From positions 1 to 51,492 of the IMG/VR virus record IMGVR_UViG_3300037851_000466: a DNA stretch of 51,492 nt, one strand, 5' to 3'. Each line of letters begins with the position of its first letter. Within the stretch, counting starts at the first letter, position 1. A model generated the notes under the pieces. It was given only the letters and a program-made list of their open reading frames with translations, was not told the origin of the DNA and made no database searches. Source of the stretch: a virus (lineage: Duplodnaviria > Caudoviricetes). Position numbers and translations under genes: made by a program. This document shows positions 47,311 to 51,492 of the stretch, one piece after another.

Positions 47311-47899
47311 TTTTCACGCTCATGACGTGGGGTGTGATGGTCACGAGGATGTCCTCCCCGCCGTGGGATAGCCACTCAAACTGCTCATTGCATTCGACGG
47401 CGAAGCGAAGGTCCTCACCAATACCCTTGCCGTCGAAGCGAGCATTAACGGTTCGGGGGACGAGGATGCCGGGAAGGGCCATATCCCGATAGGCTAGGTT
47501 GCCGCCAGCGGCGTTCCAGCCCACCCAAACGGGGAAGGTGTGCATGACATCGGGGCGGACCGTCATAGCTTCATGGAGGCGGTCGATGGCTCCGGTAGTA
47601 TAGATGTCATCGTCGTCAATGAAGCAGACGTGGGTGATGCCCTCAAACTCGGGGTCGTTGTTCTTCAGCATGTCGAGGGCGAGGTTTCTTTGGGCGTTGC
47701 CGTACACCATGGTACGGGTCGCTGTCTCTCGGTACAGGAAGGATTCCCCGTATTCCATTACGAGTTCCTCAACGCCCGGCTGTGGTCCGTCCCCAACGAC
47801 AATCCATTGGTCGTTTTCATGAAGGGTGGACGCAGCGCTATCCAATGTGCGACGAAGGGTCAGACGGCCAATGGTTGGTGTGACAATCAACAGGCTCAT
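47303..47899 (-). CDS. GT-A (GT2-like) glycosyltransferase
   Basis: IVTPTIGRLTL, WIVVGDG, YGNAQRN, FIDDDD, GED. Confidence 0.85.
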   Translation of the reverse strand: MSLLIVTPTIGRLTLRRTLDSAASTLHENDQWIVVGDGPQPGVEELVMEYGESFLYRETATRTMVYGNAQRNLALDMLKNNDPEFEGITHVCFIDDDDIYTTGAIDRLHEAMTVRPDVMHTFPVWVGWNAAGGNLAYRDMALPGILVPRTVNARFDGKGIGEDLRFAVECNEQFEWLSHGGEDILVTITPHVMSVKNV

Positions 47900-48189
47900 T
47901 CTTCCTCCTCAAAGAGACTCAACTCCTCGTGCTTGATGGGCGCGTGCGCCTCGGCTGGGGGGTCAGGTTCAAAGAACTGCTTATAGTCGTCGTAAATCAT
48001 GTGAACGATTCCGGCATTGCTATTCCGGCAGAACTCAAGGGCCTCCCGTCGAGAGATAAACTGCGGAAGGATTTCAACCAGCAAGTCAACTGGGTGGGGC
48101 TCGTCAATGGCCTGAAGATGCGTCACATCAACATAGGTGCTGTTCACTAGTGCATCAACGAGCTTGGCTAGCTTCTGTCGGTCTGTCAT
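47896..48189 (-). CDS. Hypothetical protein
   Basis: AAGGA RBS, ATGA overlaps. Confidence 0.65.
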   Translation of the reverse strand: MTDRQKLAKLVDALVNSTYVDVTHLQAIDEPHPVDLLVEILPQFISRREALEFCRNSNAGIVHMIYDDYKQFFEPDPPAEAHAPIKHEELSLFEEEE

Positions 48190-48374
48190 AGTTCCTTATC
48201 CGGGTTGCACTTCTTAAAGGCACGAGTCATGACGGCTTCATATGTGTTCTCACCCAAAGCGCGGCTCTCGGCGTAGGCGGCTTCCTTCAAAGGATAACAG
48301 GTTAGGCAGCACAAGCCCATCATACCTTCTGGCATTGGCTTGCCGCACCAAAAGCATAGAGGCTCGTCTGTCAT
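48186..48374 (-). CDS. Small zinc-finger protein
   Basis: CFWC...CLTC. Confidence 0.65.
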   Translation of the reverse strand: MTDEPLCFWCGKPMPEGMMGLCCLTCYPLKEAAYAESRALGENTYEAVMTRAFKKCNPDKEL

Positions 48375-48589
48375 TTTCTCCCCTTGGATGCGCGAGGGCG
48401 CTTAAGGATTCGGGCTCTAACTCGTTGGGCCGCCTTCAGTTGCGGGTCCATCCCCCGACCCCCTCCGCACTCCCGACACCAACTCTCCTCAATGGTGTCC
48501 ATCAGTCGGTAACCGATACCACAATTGCCGCAGAAAACAAAGGGCGCATCCAACGTCATCGCATCTTCCGCAGCCTTTCGCTTGTTCAT
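48371..48589 (-). CDS. Small zinc-ribbon protein
   Basis: CGNC...CREC. Confidence 0.65.
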   Translation of the reverse strand: MNKRKAAEDAMTLDAPFVFCGNCGIGYRLMDTIEESWCRECGGGRGMDPQLKAAQRVRARILKRPRASKGRK

Positions 48590-49360
48590 TCAAGACTGGT
48601 CCTTATAGCGGTTCTCAAGGTTAATGAAGGGCGGGCCATTGATGTCAATGCCCGCATGGCAGGCATCATAGTATTGACAGCGACCATAGATGCTATCAAT
48701 GCATTCGTTATAGTTCCGATATACGTCAGACTTATCCATGGTATCAACAATGCGGGCGATGCTTTGTAGTAGACTCTCCTGCTCGTTCCTTGTTCGGGGA
48801 AGGCAAGCGATGACCATCTTATAGCCGTCGCCGTTCTCCTTCAATTGCTTGACCGCAGTTCCAAGGATGGTCCCCCTGTAGGGGAGGTCGCCAATGTTCA
48901 AATGCTCACGGTTCATTTGAACGAGATACTGATAGGCGGCTTCATGAAAGGATAATCTAACAGACTCCTGATGATTTGCAAGGCTCTTTCCCTTCGCCAT
49001 GGTCTTCCACTGCACACCCCAAACGCCACCCTTCCGGATGATGAGGCAATCCAATCGGCCCATCATCTCATGCTCCATGAAAGGGGCGACGAGGCTCTTC
49101 TCGACGCCGATGATTTGCCAATCCTTTGGGGTTTCCCAGTTGGCGACAACGTTGCAGAGATAGGGCCACTCACGGTCGGTGTTATCGGCTAGGGCGTATG
49201 GGAGGGGGCGGCCTTCCAATCGGGCGTGCATGTTCTGGTGGAACATATCGCCAAGGACCATGGGCCGACTCTTCCCAACACCACGCATGTGGATGTGTTG
49301 GTTATAGGCAAACTCGGGGCACTTAAGCCATGCGTTCAATTGACTGATAGTGAATCTCAT
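48590..49360 (-). CDS. PD-(D/E)XK exonuclease (RecB/Cas4-like)
   Basis: TISQLNAWLKCP, GDMFH, GVEKSL, GRLD, QWKT, C-terminal Cys cluster. Confidence 0.85.
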   Translation of the reverse strand: MRFTISQLNAWLKCPEFAYNQHIHMRGVGKSRPMVLGDMFHQNMHARLEGRPLPYALADNTDREWPYLCNVVANWETPKDWQIIGVEKSLVAPFMEHEMMGRLDCLIIRKGGVWGVQWKTMAKGKSLANHQESVRLSFHEAAYQYLVQMNREHLNIGDLPYRGTILGTAVKQLKENGDGYKMVIACLPRTRNEQESLLQSIARIVDTMDKSDVYRNYNECIDSIYGRCQYYDACHAGIDINGPPFINLENRYKDQS

Positions 49361-50385
49361 ATCTTCTCCACAAGGGTCCACTGCCCACGCTTGGGCTGAA
49401 CGACTTTCTTGTTCCAACGAAGCCAGCCAATAGCGGCATCTGCCTTCCTTGTGGCGACAGTCTCGTCGCCAACCGTCCCTCTAATGCGGTTGATGAGTTC
49501 GTGGCGGGAGATAGTCTCGCCCTGTTTCCACGGGAGCCATGAGTAGTCAATCTTCTGGGTGGGGGCCTCGCCGTCGGTAGCGAGGAAGGATAGGGCAGGC
49601 TGCTCTCGCGTACCGATATTGTCCATAGTATACCAGATAGGGTCTAGCTCATCTTCGGGTAGGCCACGGACTTTCTCCAATGATAGCTTATACTTACGGA
49701 CTTTGCGATACTTTGACAAGCTCCAGTGGGCGTCGAACCCAGCCGTTAGTTCGCTTGAACCTCGGGCCTTATCCGTGCCACCACTCACCATACCTTGCTG
49801 GGCCTTGCGCTCATGGTGCGCCCAAAACATGGTGAGCCCATAGTGACTCCTTAGCCACTTTAGGTACTCGACCAACGGGGCCATATGCTCGTCCAGCTTT
49901 TCATTCAGGTTATGGAACCTCCGCAAGGTGTCCCAGATAATGACCGTCGGCCCATCGTCCGCCCCCAGCCGTGCCTCAAGGGCAGCAGCGAAGGGGCTGT
50001 CCTCCTTCACACGGCTCGGGGGGCGGGCAAGGAATGATGGGCCGGTTAGCTTACCGTTTGGTTCCAACCACATGAAGCTGTCGCTAATGTCGGGGCTGCC
50101 TAGGCCCCGGTGGACCATGAGAATCTGTTGGTGGTAGTACCATGTGGCGGCGTCATCACCGATGAAGAGACAGCGGTGGGTGCCCTTGACGGAGCGGCTG
50201 CCAAAGACGGGTTGGCCTGTATTCAGGCAGAGCATGATGTGTTTCAACAGCATGGTCTTCCCGGCGCCGGGCGGCCCCGTCACCAGGATGTTCGTCTTTG
50301 CGAGGCACATGCCCTCGATGAGAGGTGGAGGGACACGGGCGTTGGTCTTCACTAGCTCGGGGAGGGAGAGGATTTGCTTATTCAT
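49357..50385 (-). CDS. AAA_25 (RepA-like) helicase
   Basis: GPPGAGKT, IIWDTL, AHHERK, ARGSS. Confidence 0.85.
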   Translation of the reverse strand: MNKQILSLPELVKTNARVPPPLIEGMCLAKTNILVTGPPGAGKTMLLKHIMLCLNTGQPVFGSRSVKGTHRCLFIGDDAATWYYHQQILMVHRGLGSPDISDSFMWLEPNGKLTGPSFLARPPSRVKEDSPFAAALEARLGADDGPTVIIWDTLRRFHNLNEKLDEHMAPLVEYLKWLRSHYGLTMFWAHHERKAQQGMVSGGTDKARGSSELTAGFDAHWSLSKYRKVRKYKLSLEKVRGLPEDELDPIWYTMDNIGTREQPALSFLATDGEAPTQKIDYSWLPWKQGETISRHELINRIRGTVGDETVATRKADAAIGWLRWNKKVVQPKRGQWTLVEKI

Positions 50386-50758
50386 GCGTTTTGCCGTCTT
50401 CATTGGTTGTAACAATTAGCATGCCGTCGTCTCGATAGCGAACTGTAACTGCTTTGTAGGCCCCGTTGTTGAAACGAACGGTAACTGTGTAATCGCCACA
50501 ATCTCCTAGGATAGTTAACCACCATAGCTTTAGGTCTTTTGTGCGGGTAGCTAGTTCAAGTAGAAGCTCCTCATCCCAACCGATGAACTCATCAATTTCA
50601 ATGCCGGGAGTCCACGATGCCTTACAGGAGCCATGGACATATGCGATTACAGCATCGCGGTCAATCACAAGACCGTGTTCTTCGAGAATCGTTGTGACAA
50701 TATCCCTTAATTCGGTGCTGTATAAAAGGCTGGTGCAGGCTACAATACGCTCACCCAT
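50378..50758 (-). CDS. Hypothetical protein
   Basis: GGAGG RBS. Confidence 0.65.
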   Translation of the reverse strand: MGERIVACTSLLYSTELRDIVTTILEEHGLVIDRDAVIAYVHGSCKASWTPGIEIDEFIGWDEELLLELATRTKDLKLWWLTILGDCGDYTVTVRFNNGAYKAVTVRYRDDGMLIVTTNEDGKTHE

Positions 50759-50793
50759 GGGGCCTCCGGTTGACGATTGTGTAGGTTATGGGG

Positions 50794-51063
50794 TTAAGTT
50801 TGCCCCGTATCACCATTTTCCATCTTGGCCACGATGCGGGCCGCCGACATGTCCAGTAGGACATGCATGTCGATAGTGACCGGCCCTTGCGTCCCCATGC
50901 CGAGATTGACGTCGAGCAATGCAGCCTTTGCCCCCTCCAGCCTGCCCTCGTGGCGTGCGGCCGCGATGGCGCGGTCGATGTAGAACGTCATCGGCTTTGC
51001 GGCTTCCACGCCGTTCGTCGCAACGTCCTCGTCCCACTCGTGCAGTGGCGACACCGTTCTCAT
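50794..51063 (-). CDS. Hypothetical protein (allele B of the gene split by the repeat boundary)
   Basis: First 36 aa identical to 3509-3724, divergent C-terminus. Confidence 0.65.
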   Translation of the reverse strand: MRTVSPLHEWDEDVATNGVEAAKPMTFYIDRAIAAARHEGRLEGAKAALLDVNLGMGTQGPVTIDMHVLLDMSAARIVAKMENGDTGQT

Positions 51064-51263
51064 GGCTTCGCCCCCTCCACAAACTTCCCGCAGCCAGCAC
51101 AATAGGTGCCGCTGGTGGTGGTGTAGGTGTTGATGTGCGGGCACGGCGTCACGCTGTCGGTGTAACTGGCAAGCGCAACCGCGCCCCCATTGCAGCGACC
51201 ACAGGACGGCATGAACGGTGCCCACACAGCACCGCACTTCGGACACACCCACCCCTCGCTCAT
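51060..51263 (-). CDS. Zinc-ribbon protein (repeat copy)
   Basis: Identical to 3721-3924. Confidence 0.7.
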   Translation of the reverse strand: MSEGWVCPKCGAVWAPFMPSCGRCNGGAVALASYTDSVTPCPHINTYTTTSGTYCAGCGKFVEGAKP

Positions 51264-51492
51264 CGTGGCGGCCCCCATATGGCGCGGTAAACGGTGTCAG
51301 CCTTGAACACCGGCTGGTACCCCGATAACCTCACGGTGTCCCTCCCTAGCACGATGACGCGGCGGACGGTGTCGCCGTCGCGCACGTTCTCGACGAGGCG
51401 TGGGTACTCGGGCCTAGGCGTGCAGCACAGAAACAGTAGGCACGCGGCGACAGTCACTCCGGCCATGAAATACAACAGGCCGAATGTCAGCG
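51260..51492 (-). CDS. Small membrane protein (repeat copy, 5' truncated by the window end)
   Basis: Identical to the 3' part of 3921-4184. Confidence 0.6.
   Translation of the reverse strand, partial: LTFGLLYFMAGVTVAACLLFLCCTPRPEYPRLVENVRDGDTVRRVIVLGRDTVRLSGYQPVFKADTVYRAIWGPPR

Larger units (their letters stand above)
3618..50956. mobile_element. Complete circular or terminally redundant podovirus-like phage genome, unit length 47,339 bp
   Basis: Bounded by a 536-bp direct repeat. Contains terminase, portal, capsid, short-tail, lysis and replication genes. No tape measure, sheath or integrase recognised. Confidence 0.85.
50957..51492 (+). repeat. 536-bp direct repeat, copy 2 (runs to the window end)
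   Basis: Matches 3618-4153 at offset 47,339. Confidence 0.95.

Noticed and set aside
48590-49360. cas4 as evidence of a CRISPR system
   Set aside because: Solo Cas4/RecB-like nucleases are common in phage recombination modules; context is helicase and Sak4-like genes.
3618-50956. T7-like (Autographiviridae) assignment or genome-wide stop-codon recoding
   Set aside because: No single-subunit RNA polymerase is present, and core genes are intact in code 11 with TAG, TAA and TGA all used as stops.

Overview
This window appears to hold a complete ~47.3 kb podovirus-like dsDNA phage genome. A 536-bp direct repeat (3618-4153 = 50957-51492, offset 47,339) closes it into a circle. It is joined on the left to ~3.6 kb of a different, visibly GC-richer phage-like replication region that shares the repeated segment. 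The phage has two arms diverging from a non-coding control region at ~9.3-10.0 kb and converging on a terminator hairpin at ~39.4 kb. The + arm encodes packaging, portal, scaffold, a DUF5309/SU10-type capsid, a GT-B glycosyltransferase, short-tail and ejection proteins, a 1898-aa signal-peptide-bearing glycan-active protein and a lysis cassette. The - arm encodes small early genes (GP88-like, Zn deaminase, Imm5-like), an AAA_25 helicase, a PD-(D/E)XK nuclease, a RepB-like primase, an AAA_24 ATPase, an SSB-like protein, an HNH protein, Nmad1, two GT-A glycosyltransferases and a UDG-fused family A DNA polymerase. I recognised no integrase, RNA polymerase, reverse transcriptase, tRNA or CRISPR array. 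Most striking are (i) a ~1 kb extensively base-paired element (8467-9525) whose G-U pairs favour the + strand and which loops out a whole ORF next to sigma54-type motifs, (ii) a three-glycosyltransferase + Nmad1 + UDG-PolA set lacking an obvious base hydroxymethylase, and (iii) a secreted/lipoprotein cassette inside the late operon. All family calls come from motif recognition by eye, not database searches.
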